Part shown: in pieces, positions 1-8,621 of the stretch
Position numbering within the stretch: the stretch's first letter is position 1
Layout: each line of letters begins with the position of its first letter
Assembly (NCBI GenBank): GCA_045863395.1
Contig: BTVJ01000072.1
Coordinates: forward strand, 1 to 36,276
Length of the DNA: 36,276 nucleotides
Direction of reading: 5' to 3'
Origin: Myxococcales bacterium
Lineage (GTDB): Bacteria > Myxococcota_A > UBA9042 > JABWCM01 > BTVJ01
Translations under genes and position numbers: made by a program
Notes under the pieces: model-generated
What the model was told of the DNA's origin: nothing
Seen by the model: only the letters and a program-made list of their open reading frames with translations
Database searches by the model: none

Positions 1-457
1 GCGGACGCGCGCCGCCGCAGAATTGCCACCAGGTGCAGTCGAAGGTGAGGTTGAGCGTCCGGAGGAGCAGCGCCGCCCACGAGAGGCGTCTCCGGGGTGG
101 GAGAGGGCTGGCGTGGGGGCCCGATCCTGCGGGCAGGCGTCGCGGAGTCGGGGTCGGGCCGGAGGGCGCTGCGCCTGCTCCGGCGGGCCTCGGACCTGCT
201 GCGGTCGTTTCTTCGGGCGTGTCGGAGTCCGGTGGGGCGGGCCGTGTCGCCCCGAACGGCGGCGTGGGCGGCTGCGCCGGGTCGGGCGCCGCCGGTGCCT
301 GGGCGACGGCGCCGCTGCCCGGATCCTGCGCGTCGCGCTGGGGGTCCGCCGGGGTGGCTGCGGGTTGCGAGCAGGGGTGGTCCGGCGGTCGAGAGGCCGC
401 TGGGCTTGGGAGCAGCGCGCGGTGCCGTGAGCGATTGGCGAAGACGCCGTCGTGGAT
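1..457 (-). mobile_element. Degenerate C-terminal fragment of an IS91-like (rolling-circle) transposase, running off the left window edge
   Basis: The minus frame antisense to ORF 23..430 reads IHDGVFANRSRHRALLP...(Pro/Ala linker)...PPRRRLSWAALLLRTLNLTFDCTWWQFCGGARP. This resembles the RYHGVFA...R and WAxLLxR...CPxCGG motifs at the C-terminus of IS91-family transposases. It is missing from the ORF track because it has no stop inside the window. Confidence 0.5.
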
Positions 458-1198
458 CGAGAGAAGTCCGTGCGCTTCGTCAAGGCCGCGCTGGACGCCC
501 ACTCCAGCACCCTCGCATCGCGTGTCGCCGCGCGGCTCGCTCCCCACGCGGGCGGGGGTGCGATTGCCGTCGACGTCCCTTTGGGAGCGCTGCTCGCCCT
601 CGTGGAGTCCTCGGTCGCCACCGCGGTCTCCTCTGCCGGGGCCCACGAGGCGGAGCTCGCGGACAACGGCGCATTGCTCGGTGCGCGGGACGAGGCCGTC
701 GATGGGCTCTATCAGTCCGTCACTGCCGCCAGGGAGGCCGTCACCGCCGCGTGGGGCTCCGCGGGCCTGACGGCGCACGGGGTCTCGGGGCCGACCCCCC
801 GACAGCCTGACACCCTGGTCGCCATGGCCCGATCCTTCGCGGCCGCCCTCGTGAACGAGGCCGTGGTGCTCCCGCCGGGCCGGCTCGGCGTGACGGTCGA
901 CCGCGGGGCGTTGGGCGCGAAGCTCGCGAGCGGGGCGGCGGACCTCGAGCAGGCCGAAGCGGCGGTTCGCCTCGACCGGCGGGAGGACGAGGCGACCCAG
1001 GACGCCAAGGACGCTGCCCTCGCCGCTTACGACGCGGACTTCCGAGACGCCGTGCCGGTCGTCGTGAGCCTGCTCCGGCTCGCGGGGCTCCACCGCACGG
1101 CGGACCGGCTGGTGCCCTCCCCGCGGCGCCCGGGCCAGCTCGACGACGCGGACACGCCGCTGGTCGTGGAGTCTCCGGCGCCCTTGACGCCGGCGTAG
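452..1198 (+). CDS. Hypothetical protein, 248 aa, alpha-helical; 5' end possibly truncated
   Basis: Strong G/C third-position bias and normal protein composition, ending in ...ADRLVPSPRRPG. GTG start with no clear RBS, directly abutting the IS91-like remnant. Confidence 0.7.
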   Translation: MDREKSVRFVKAALDAHSSTLASRVAARLAPHAGGGAIAVDVPLGALLALVESSVATAVSSAGAHEAELADNGALLGARDEAVDGLYQSVTAAREAVTAAWGSAGLTAHGVSGPTPRQPDTLVAMARSFAAALVNEAVVLPPGRLGVTVDRGALGAKLASGAADLEQAEAAVRLDRREDEATQDAKDAALAAYDADFRDAVPVVVSLLRLAGLHRTADRLVPSPRRPGQLDDADTPLVVESPAPLTPA

Positions 1199-1330
1199 GG
1201 TCACTCGGCGCCGGGGCCTTCCCGTGGCGGCGTCGTCGACCCCCCACCGGGCGCCACAGGGTCGCGCGAGCCTCGATCACCCCGGCCACGGACTCCCACA
1301 CGCCTCCGCGAGGCTCGCGAGGCCGTTGTC

Positions 1331-1379
1331 GCAGCGCCACACCCCCTCGCAAGCGTCGATCCCGGGTGTGGGGCGCTGC
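1331..1379. terminator. Inverted repeat between convergent genes, possibly a bidirectional terminator or stability hairpin
   Basis: GCAGCGCCACACCC (1331-1344) pairs with GGGTGTGGGGCGCTGC (1364-1379) with a small bulge. There is no U-tract. Confidence 0.3.
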
Positions 1380-1427
1380 CACGGGGCTCGACGAGCGCCG
1401 TCGGGACGTCGGCGGGTACCCCGGGGG

Positions 1428-4400
1428 TCACCCCGGTGTGTTCCGCTCGAGCCACGTCTCCCAGAAGATGTCCGTGTCGAAGCCAATCACGTCCGTGTAC
1501 TCGCCCGGCTTCGCCATGAAGCGCTGTCCCCCGATGCCTACGATGAGGTCCGTGCCCGTGGCCTTGAACGCGAGCTCCAGGCGCGTGAAGCGCAGGCCCA
1601 CGAAGTCGTGCGTCGTGCTCGCCTCCAGGTGGTCCGTCTTATGTGGGGCCTGATCGGCCGGGAAGTGGAGTGACAGCCCGAGCGCGGTGAGGTCGTAGGT
1701 GCCGGCTCGCAGCACGGCGGTCATACCGCGGGGGGGATCCGGCACGGTCTCCATGCTCCTCTCAAGGTTGGCGGGCCTCAGGATCTGCGTGCCGGCGGGC
1801 TTCTCGCCCGTGCTGTAGAACCCGCCCCCCGTCGGCGTGAACTCCTCCAGGGGCGGCGGCTCCTGCCGCGGCGTGTAGTACGTGCGCCCCCCATGGGTCC
1901 AGAGGAGCGCCTTGTAGACGCTCGCCGGCCCCTCCTCACCGTTCAGCACCACGATGGTCACGGGGCGCCACGCGGATCGGGGAGGCGCGACCGGGTGGGA
2001 CAGCGCCGGGTCGTCCATCTCGATGGCGGCTTCGTCGATGGGCGTCTTCCGCTCTGCCTCTGCCGCCTGCTCGGCAAGCAGCGCCATGGCCTTGCTGTAG
2101 CCGGGCGCCTTGCGGAGCGCCTGCCTGTCCTTGCCGTGGCGCCTCTCCAGCGCCCGCCTGACCGTCAGGGGGCCCGCGATGCCGTCCACCGCAAGGCCGC
2201 CGAGCTGGGTCTGGAGCATGGCGATGCCCACGGCGAAGGCTCCGGTTCCGACGGCCGACGACGCGGGGATCCCCGCGGGCCGCCCCTCCACCAGGCTCAA
2301 GAGGGCCTCGGGATCGAAGCCGATCTTCGCGTGCCACTGGGGATTTGCCCGCGCCGCCTTGCGGATGTCGATGGTGATGCCGAGCCCGTCCTGCGTGACC
2401 GCCGCGCGGGACAATTCGATGAGCGTGCTGGCGTCGGCGCTCTTCGCCAGGTCCGCGGCATTGGTGATGACCCCCGCCTTCCACGCCAGGATCTGCGCCA
2501 ACATGGTCAGGCCGCCCTGATCGCCGCTGAAGGACGCCAGCACCTCCAGGAGCTGCTCCTTCGACATGGGCGCGTACCGGGTGACCAGCGCGTAGAGCGT
2601 ATCCACGTCGTAGGCGCCCCCGCGCGCGGCCTTCTCCAGGGTCGCGTAGGGCTCGACGCCCTTCAGGTGGGTCCACACGATGTCCTGCTGGCGCTTCTCT
2701 CGCTCGCCCTCGCTCCCTCCCAGCGCCTCCGCCTCCCGCGCCTGCTGGAACGCGCTGCCCGCCGCCGCGTCGCTCCCGCCCGCCGCCCCGATCGCCTGCG
2801 CCGTGGCGCTCGCCATCCCCAGGGCCTGGAGGTCGCCCTCCATGGCCTCGAGGTCCCGCAGGTCCTTGGCAGTAGCCGTGACACGCGCCTTGTCGAGCAG
2901 GAACGCCTCCACGTCGTCCGGCAGCTCCATGCCCTCGCGCTTGCCCTTCTTCAGCGCGTCGAGCAGCGCCTCCCGCTCCTTGTCGCTCAGCTTCTCGAGG
3001 GCGCTCGCGATGGCGTTCGCCGAGTCCGTGTTCATGATGGCCTGGTACAGCTCGCTCCCCTTGATCTCGTCGGGCAGCAGGCCCTTGGCGTCCGCCTCCC
3101 GCGCGAAGCGGGCGATCTGCTTGATCTCCGCGAAGTTGGGGATGTCGGCCATGACGAGCGCCGTCAACGTCTTGCCCCACTCGACGCTGCTCCAGTCGAC
3201 CCGCGCCAGCATGCGGCCGATGCTTGGCAGGGCCTTGGCCAGCTCGTAGAGCGCCTCCGGGGCGTTCTTCGGGTCCTCCCAGTTCTCGATGAGGTACTTG
3301 ACCGCCTCGAGGGCCCGCACCAGGAAGCCCGCATACGGCATGGCGCGGGCGAGCTTCACCGCCATGGTCCAGTGCAGGCCCAGGGTGGCGCTCAGCACCG
3401 TGGGCTTCTTTTGCTCGCCATCGTCGCCCTTGTCTTCTGCGACCAGGAAGCAGCCGCCGATGTCCACCCATCCGCCGTTGCTCGGTGCGTCCTTGATGCG
3501 GCTGGCGAGCTCCGCCGGGGAGAACTCGCCGTAGAGCGTTGCCTCGCCGGCGCCGATCATCTCCAGCAGCGCGTCCTTGAAGCCGTCGAGGGGGCCGAGA
3601 TCGATGGGCTTGCGTCCCGCGGGGGTCCAGGCACCACTCTGGAGGCCAGCGCCGATGCGGAACTTGGAGCGCGCCACGCTCATCTTGAAGGTGGTCGGCG
3701 CGATGGACAGGGGATCCTCGACGACCTTGTCGAAGTGGAGCACCGCGTCGACGAGCTGCTGAACCGTCCACCCGGCGACGATGTACACCGACCGCTGGGC
3801 CTTGGGGTCGCCGACGGACACCTCGAACCGCGCCGGCGGGTCCTGTCTGTCGTCCACGTAGCGCACGCCGAGGCCCTTCTTGGCCTTCTTCTTGGCGCGG
3901 AGCTTCTTCAGCACGAACTCGGGCACCAGCGCCGCGACCAGCGCGTCGATGGGCAGCGCCACCGTGATGGCCGAGACCTGCCCGCCCCGCACGTGGTACG
4001 CGCGCAGCGTCACCCACCCCTGCCCGTCGATGGCCCCTTGATCCAGGGGGACGATGACCTCGTCGCCCGCCTGCACCCCGAAGGCCCCGAAGAGCTGCTG
4101 GAGGAGCCCGGGCAGCTCCGTGAACTTCCACGTCTTTCCGTCGGGGCGCTTCGCCTCGGCGGCCTTGTCCCGCTCCTTGGTCAGCGCCAGCGCGCTCGTG
4201 TGGATCGCCAGGTCGTCCGGGATGAGCCCCGCCGCGTCCACTCCTGCAGTGACGAGAGACAGGAGGGACCCCCAGCCGTAGCGGACCCAGCTCTTCGGCA
4301 GGCCGGGCGCCGCGCGCACGCTCAGCTTGACGCCGTCGGCTCCCAGGTCCGCGTCCAGCTCGTACTTGTTCCTGGCTCCGGCGCGCTGGCCGCCGAGCTT

Positions 4401-7076
4401 CGTGAGCCCGACCTTCGCCTTGTCGATGAGCGCCGTGACGCGCTCGGTGAGCTTCTGGATCAGGGCCGGCTCGACCTCCAGCACGACGCCCTTGGTGGTG
4501 CCGACAGCCTTGAGGTACACGTCGAGGCCGCGCTTCTGCAGATCGATGGTCTTCGGGGTGAACAGCTCTCCCTTCTGCCCATCCTTGACTCCGAGCATGG
4601 AGACGATGGGTCCGGCCAGCTCGAAGCTCCCCTGCGAGGTCGTCGCCCACGGTGGCCGCTTGACGCTCGCGCCTCCGCGCACGCTGAGGGCGTCCTTCAC
4701 TCCGACGTGCACGATGTCCGGGGACGCGAGGAGCGCCGGATTGCGGACCGCGGAGATCAGCGTCTCCACCCGGTAGCCGACCCCGAAGGACACCCGCTCG
4801 ACGGCCCCCTTCGCCTTGCCTTCGCCATAGACCAGGCCGAAGCCGCCCGTGTCGTGGCTGAGCTGGGGGTCGATGCGCCAGCGGGTCGGGCCGTTGTCTT
4901 TCGCCTCCAGGCCGAAGCGGCGGGCGAGCCCTTCCAGCTTGTGACGGAACGCGCCAATGCCGAGGTCGAAGCGGAGCGCCTGGGTCGGCTTGTCCGCCGG
5001 GTACTGCATGTAGAGGACGAGGTCGTCGGCGGTCTCCCCACCCTCGGCGAAGAGCGAGATCTCCAACGGGGTGGCCGCGGGGACCCCGAAGTAGCCCTGG
5101 AACGAGTCGGGCGCCGGGAGCCGCCCCGAGCCGAGCGGCGAGCCGGGCGGCCTCTTCGCGATGACCGCGCGCGGGTCCTTCGGCCGCGGCTCGGCCTTCG
5201 CGCCTGCCTTCGGGTCCGCCTTCGGGTCCGCCTTCGGATCCGCCTTCGGGTCTGCCTTCGAGTCGGGCGCGACCCCCGCGGCGCCATACGTGAGCTCGGT
5301 CTTCGACCCCTCGAAGTGGATCTCGGAGGGCACGACGTCGCTCTTGTCCGTGCCGTCGAGGAGCCGCTTCAGGTCGAAGCCGAGCTGGTTCCTCCACGCC
5401 TTGTCGTGGACGCGGAGCATCCAGTCCTTGCCGACCGTCACCGCCACGTCGGCGCCCGCACCTCCGCCGCCGGGTTTCCAGCCCTTGAGCTTCTCCAGAA
5501 ACGCCTTGCCGAGCGCTCCGGCGGTCTTGAGCAGGCGCCCGATGAGGTCGCCCGCGTTCAGGAAGACCCAGAGCTCCTTGGCGCCGTCGATGACGACGCC
5601 CACCGCGAAGGAGAGCGCGTCGCCCGCAGCCATGGCGATCTTGACCACCGCCCGCCCGGCTGCGTCCGCGGCGAGCCCCAGCGCCTCGAGCATGGGGCCC
5701 AGGTTCGGGAGCTCGAGGTCCGGGAACTCGAAGCTCGGGATCCACTTGCGCGGCGTGAGCCCCTCCGGCCAGCCGATGGGGATCTCGATGGTGTCGGGTA
5801 GGAGTCCCAGCAGCAGGTCCGCCGCCCCCGCGCCCAGGGTCAGGAGCCGCTTGACGACCTCTGCGATCTTGATGCCGAAGCGGATCGCCTTCTCGCCGAA
5901 CCAGAGGGCTCCGTCCTTCAGACCCTCGAAGAGCTTCGCCAGGAAGCCGGGGCCGTCCTTCTTCTTGCGGCGCTCCAGCCAACCCCGGACCTTGTCGCCG
6001 AGCTTGGAGAGCAGCGTCCAGATCCGCTCGCCCAGCTTGACCAGGTCGACCGACGCCGCGAAGCGCGTGTCCTTGGACACCTCGTCTCGCACCGACACCC
6101 CCAGCTTCGCGCCGTCCATGTGCCCGTAGACCATGGCCTCCTTGTCGATGCCGAGGGCCGCGAGCACCGCGGGGTCGTCGATGCCGATGCCGCCCAGGCC
6201 AGCGCCCGGCAGGCGCGCAGTGTCCACCTTGCCGGTGCGCGTCATGGCAACCGCGCCCACGTCATGCTGGAGCTGCACCTGGCTCGGCATGAGGCCCGTC
6301 GCGCCATCGGTCAGCAGATAGGCCGCGATGTCCCGAAGCGAGAAGCCGACGTGTTGGCGCCCCTCGTCGCCCGTGGGCCCCAGCTTCGCGACCACGTGCT
6401 CGCCGTCCGACACGATCCGCCGAGCAGGGGCGTCCACGCCCAGCTTGGTTGCGACGGCGCCGATGTGAGGCCCGACGAGCAGCGCGAGCCCCGCCGCGTC
6501 GAGGGCGAGGCCCACGCCCTTGTCGAGCCTGCCGGCGGCGCCGACGTGCAGGTGGATGGTCGTGTCGGCGTTGGCCACGAGCGTCCAGTGCACCGCCGTG
6601 GGCACGTCGGAGAGCGCCAGGGCCAGCGCAAGCTCCGCGGGCAGGCCAGCGTAGGCGATGTCGCCCTCCACCCGGAGCACGCCTCCGGAGGGGGGAGGAC
6701 CCTGCGTGAGCCCCGACAGGATGGCCTTTGGCGGCTTGGGCTTGTCCTTCCGCGGTGTGGCGGGCGTGGCCTGGGTGGAGCCGGAGGCGTCGGTCACTGC
6801 CGGCGTGGACTCCGAGGCGTCTGGGGACGGGGCGGTGACGAGCGCCAAGGGCGTGGGTGGCGGCGCGTCGAGGGGAGCCCCCGTGGAGGCATCGCCGTCG
6901 GCGCGACGGCCCGACCCTGGCCCCCCTGCCGAGCCCGGGCTCACCCTGGCCGCCTGGGCGGCATAGCCCGGGAGCGTCCTCAAGCTCCCGAGGAGCGCGC
7001 CTTGCGCAGTGTCCCCTTGATTGTCGGGATGTCCTGACGTCTGGGTGGATCGGAGAGCCTGCTGTGTCGCGGTCAT
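1428..7076 (-). CDS. Large hypothetical protein (~1882 aa) with degenerate internal repeats and a peptidoglycan-binding-like motif near the C-terminus
   Basis: Long ORF with strong codon bias. ATG at 7076 (MTATQQ) has GGAGG upstream; the ORF track starts it at 7124. The segment GIAMLQTQLGGLAVDGIAGPLT resembles PG_binding_1. Confidence 0.85.
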   Translation of the reverse strand: MTATQQALRSTQTSGHPDNQGDTAQGALLGSLRTLPGYAAQAARVSPGSAGGPGSGRRADGDASTGAPLDAPPPTPLALVTAPSPDASESTPAVTDASGSTQATPATPRKDKPKPPKAILSGLTQGPPPSGGVLRVEGDIAYAGLPAELALALALSDVPTAVHWTLVANADTTIHLHVGAAGRLDKGVGLALDAAGLALLVGPHIGAVATKLGVDAPARRIVSDGEHVVAKLGPTGDEGRQHVGFSLRDIAAYLLTDGATGLMPSQVQLQHDVGAVAMTRTGKVDTARLPGAGLGGIGIDDPAVLAALGIDKEAMVYGHMDGAKLGVSVRDEVSKDTRFAASVDLVKLGERIWTLLSKLGDKVRGWLERRKKKDGPGFLAKLFEGLKDGALWFGEKAIRFGIKIAEVVKRLLTLGAGAADLLLGLLPDTIEIPIGWPEGLTPRKWIPSFEFPDLELPNLGPMLEALGLAADAAGRAVVKIAMAAGDALSFAVGVVIDGAKELWVFLNAGDLIGRLLKTAGALGKAFLEKLKGWKPGGGGAGADVAVTVGKDWMLRVHDKAWRNQLGFDLKRLLDGTDKSDVVPSEIHFEGSKTELTYGAAGVAPDSKADPKADPKADPKADPKAGAKAEPRPKDPRAVIAKRPPGSPLGSGRLPAPDSFQGYFGVPAATPLEISLFAEGGETADDLVLYMQYPADKPTQALRFDLGIGAFRHKLEGLARRFGLEAKDNGPTRWRIDPQLSHDTGGFGLVYGEGKAKGAVERVSFGVGYRVETLISAVRNPALLASPDIVHVGVKDALSVRGGASVKRPPWATTSQGSFELAGPIVSMLGVKDGQKGELFTPKTIDLQKRGLDVYLKAVGTTKGVVLEVEPALIQKLTERVTALIDKAKVGLTKLGGQRAGARNKYELDADLGADGVKLSVRAAPGLPKSWVRYGWGSLLSLVTAGVDAAGLIPDDLAIHTSALALTKERDKAAEAKRPDGKTWKFTELPGLLQQLFGAFGVQAGDEVIVPLDQGAIDGQGWVTLRAYHVRGGQVSAITVALPIDALVAALVPEFVLKKLRAKKKAKKGLGVRYVDDRQDPPARFEVSVGDPKAQRSVYIVAGWTVQQLVDAVLHFDKVVEDPLSIAPTTFKMSVARSKFRIGAGLQSGAWTPAGRKPIDLGPLDGFKDALLEMIGAGEATLYGEFSPAELASRIKDAPSNGGWVDIGGCFLVAEDKGDDGEQKKPTVLSATLGLHWTMAVKLARAMPYAGFLVRALEAVKYLIENWEDPKNAPEALYELAKALPSIGRMLARVDWSSVEWGKTLTALVMADIPNFAEIKQIARFAREADAKGLLPDEIKGSELYQAIMNTDSANAIASALEKLSDKEREALLDALKKGKREGMELPDDVEAFLLDKARVTATAKDLRDLEAMEGDLQALGMASATAQAIGAAGGSDAAAGSAFQQAREAEALGGSEGEREKRQQDIVWTHLKGVEPYATLEKAARGGAYDVDTLYALVTRYAPMSKEQLLEVLASFSGDQGGLTMLAQILAWKAGVITNAADLAKSADASTLIELSRAAVTQDGLGITIDIRKAARANPQWHAKIGFDPEALLSLVEGRPAGIPASSAVGTGAFAVGIAMLQTQLGGLAVDGIAGPLTVRRALERRHGKDRQALRKAPGYSKAMALLAEQAAEAERKTPIDEAAIEMDDPALSHPVAPPRSAWRPVTIVVLNGEEGPASVYKALLWTHGGRTYYTPRQEPPPLEEFTPTGGGFYSTGEKPAGTQILRPANLERSMETVPDPPRGMTAVLRAGTYDLTALGLSLHFPADQAPHKTDHLEASTTHDFVGLRFTRLELAFKATGTDLIVGIGGQRFMAKPGEYTDVIGFDTDIFWETWLERNTPG
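5206..5260 (-). repeat. 12-bp coding tandem repeat, ~4.5 copies, encoding (KADP)n
   Basis: GCCTTCGGGTCC units on the + strand; the protein reads SKADPKADPKADPKADPKAG. Confidence 0.9.
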
Positions 7077-7288
7077 CGTCCTTGCCTCCGCGTTCTCTTC
7101 ATTGTGCGCCGGAGGTCCACTCACGGAAGGGATCGAAGACTTATTCAGTCCGCAATGTCCTGGGTCGCGCGACGCACGCCTGAGCGCTGGTACGCATGGG
7201 CACGGGATCCGGGGGGTTCCCTCGCGTCATGGCGCCAGACGGCTCGGGTGTCGCGCGTCGGCTGTCACCGGGAGGCGGTCGCCGCTGG

Positions 7289-7317
7289 TTGACTGACGGT
7301 CTGTGTCGCGCTATCAC
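7289..7317 (+). promoter_or_regulatory. Putative sigma70-type promoter for the LysM/MepA gene
   Basis: TTGACT (7289-7294), 17-nt spacer, TATCAC (7312-7317), about 40 nt upstream of ATG 7357. Confidence 0.45.
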
Positions 7318-7356
7318 CCCAGGGGTCGCGCCCGTACCCCGATGGAGTGATCGCTG

Positions 7357-8604
7357 ATGAACGTCTCTCGCAAGGCCGCTGTGGCGTGTCTGCTCGCCGC
7401 TGCGCTGCTGGCCCTTGGCGCGGCACCGTCCGCGGCCGCCAGCCGGTCGAAGGTGGGCACTGCTGCCGCGGCGGGGCGAGGGAAGGCCTCCTCCGCGTCG
7501 ACCGCGAAGTCCGCCAAGTCCACCGCGAAGTCCGGCAAGGCGACCGCAAAGTCCGGCAAGGCCACCGCGAAGCCCGGCAAGGCCACGAAGCCCGGCAAGG
7601 CCACGAAGCCCGGCAAGGCCACGGCCAAGTCCGGCAAGGCGACGGTCAAGGGCGCGAAGGTCGCGAAGGGCAAGGCCGCCAAGGGGCGCCCCGCCTGGAT
7701 CGAGCACCGCGCCGTCCCTGGCGACTCCCTCTACAAGCTGGCGCTCCAGTACGGGGTCACGGTCAAGGAGCTGCGCGCCTGGAACAAGCTCAAGAACGGT
7801 GGCCTCTACGTGGGCGACGTGGTCAAGGTGCGCAGCACGGGCGTCAACCGTGCGCTCCGGCGCGACGTGCACGTGGTCAAGAAGGGGGAGACCCTGGGAG
7901 GGATCGCCAAGAAGTACGGCGTGACGGTGGCCGACCTCCTCGCGATGAACCGGCTCCGGAGCAAGAACCTGGTCAAGCCCGGCCAACAGCTCCTGGTCTA
8001 CGTGGACGGTCCCGCGGCGGACAGCAAGGCCATCGGGCGGCCCCAAGACGGTCGCCTCGTCGATGGGGTCAAGATGCGGACGGGCCCTGGGTACTACGTT
8101 CGCACCTCCGACCGGGCGTGGGGTACGTGGGACACCGTCCACGCGCTGCAGCAGGTGGCGAAGCGCGTCCAGAAGGAGAGCCGCAAGAAGGCACCGCACA
8201 TCTTCATCGGCGACATCAGCAAGGAGGGCGGAGGAGAGCTTTCGCCCCACAAGTCCCACCAGAACGGGCGGGACGTGGACATCTCGTTCATGATCCTCGG
8301 AGACAAGGCGCCGAAGAACTTCAAGAAGGCCACGGCCCAGAACCTCGACCTCAAGCACACGTGGCTCCTGCTGCGTGCGCTCATCGAGAGCCGGACCGTC
8401 GAGGTGATGTTCATCGACCACAAGCTCCAGGTGCTGCTCCGGGACTACGTGAAGCGCCACGCCGCATCCAAGTACCGCAAGATGGCCGATGAGCTGTTCC
8501 AGCACCCGGCGCGTACGTCCAAAGACCCGCTGATCCGGCACGAGCCGGGTCACCAGAACCACATCCACATCCGCTTCAAGACCCCGGCCGACCTGGCGGG
8601 GTAA
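7357..8604 (+). CDS. Secreted protein with two LysM domains and a penicillin-insensitive murein endopeptidase (MepA/peptidase M74-like) domain
   Basis: Signal peptide followed by a Lys/Ala-rich linker. Two LysM motifs: PGDSLYKLALQYGVTVKELRAWN and KGETLGGIAKKYGVTVADLLAMN. Catalytic motifs IGDISKEGGG..PHKSHQNGRDVD and HQNHIHIR. Confidence 0.9.
   Translation: MNVSRKAAVACLLAAALLALGAAPSAAASRSKVGTAAAAGRGKASSASTAKSAKSTAKSGKATAKSGKATAKPGKATKPGKATKPGKATAKSGKATVKGAKVAKGKAAKGRPAWIEHRAVPGDSLYKLALQYGVTVKELRAWNKLKNGGLYVGDVVKVRSTGVNRALRRDVHVVKKGETLGGIAKKYGVTVADLLAMNRLRSKNLVKPGQQLLVYVDGPAADSKAIGRPQDGRLVDGVKMRTGPGYYVRTSDRAWGTWDTVHALQQVAKRVQKESRKKAPHIFIGDISKEGGGELSPHKSHQNGRDVDISFMILGDKAPKNFKKATAQNLDLKHTWLLLRALIESRTVEVMFIDHKLQVLLRDYVKRHAASKYRKMADELFQHPARTSKDPLIRHEPGHQNHIHIRFKTPADLAG
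7501..7650 (+). repeat. 18/21-bp coding tandem repeats encoding (T(A)K[S/P]GKA)n
   Basis: Repeated GGCAAGGCCAC(C)G(CG)AAG(T/C)CC units; the protein reads TAKSGKATAKSGKATAKPGKATKPGKATKPGKATAKSGKAT. Confidence 0.85.
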
Positions 8605-8621
8605 GGGGTAGGAGCTCCTGC

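Noticed and set aside
1893..5982. Very long alternative ORFs 1893..5801 (+) and 1936..5982 (-)
   Set aside because: Shadow or off-frame ORFs of the 1882-aa gene. They are Arg/Gly-rich with no motifs, as expected in high-GC DNA with few stop codons.
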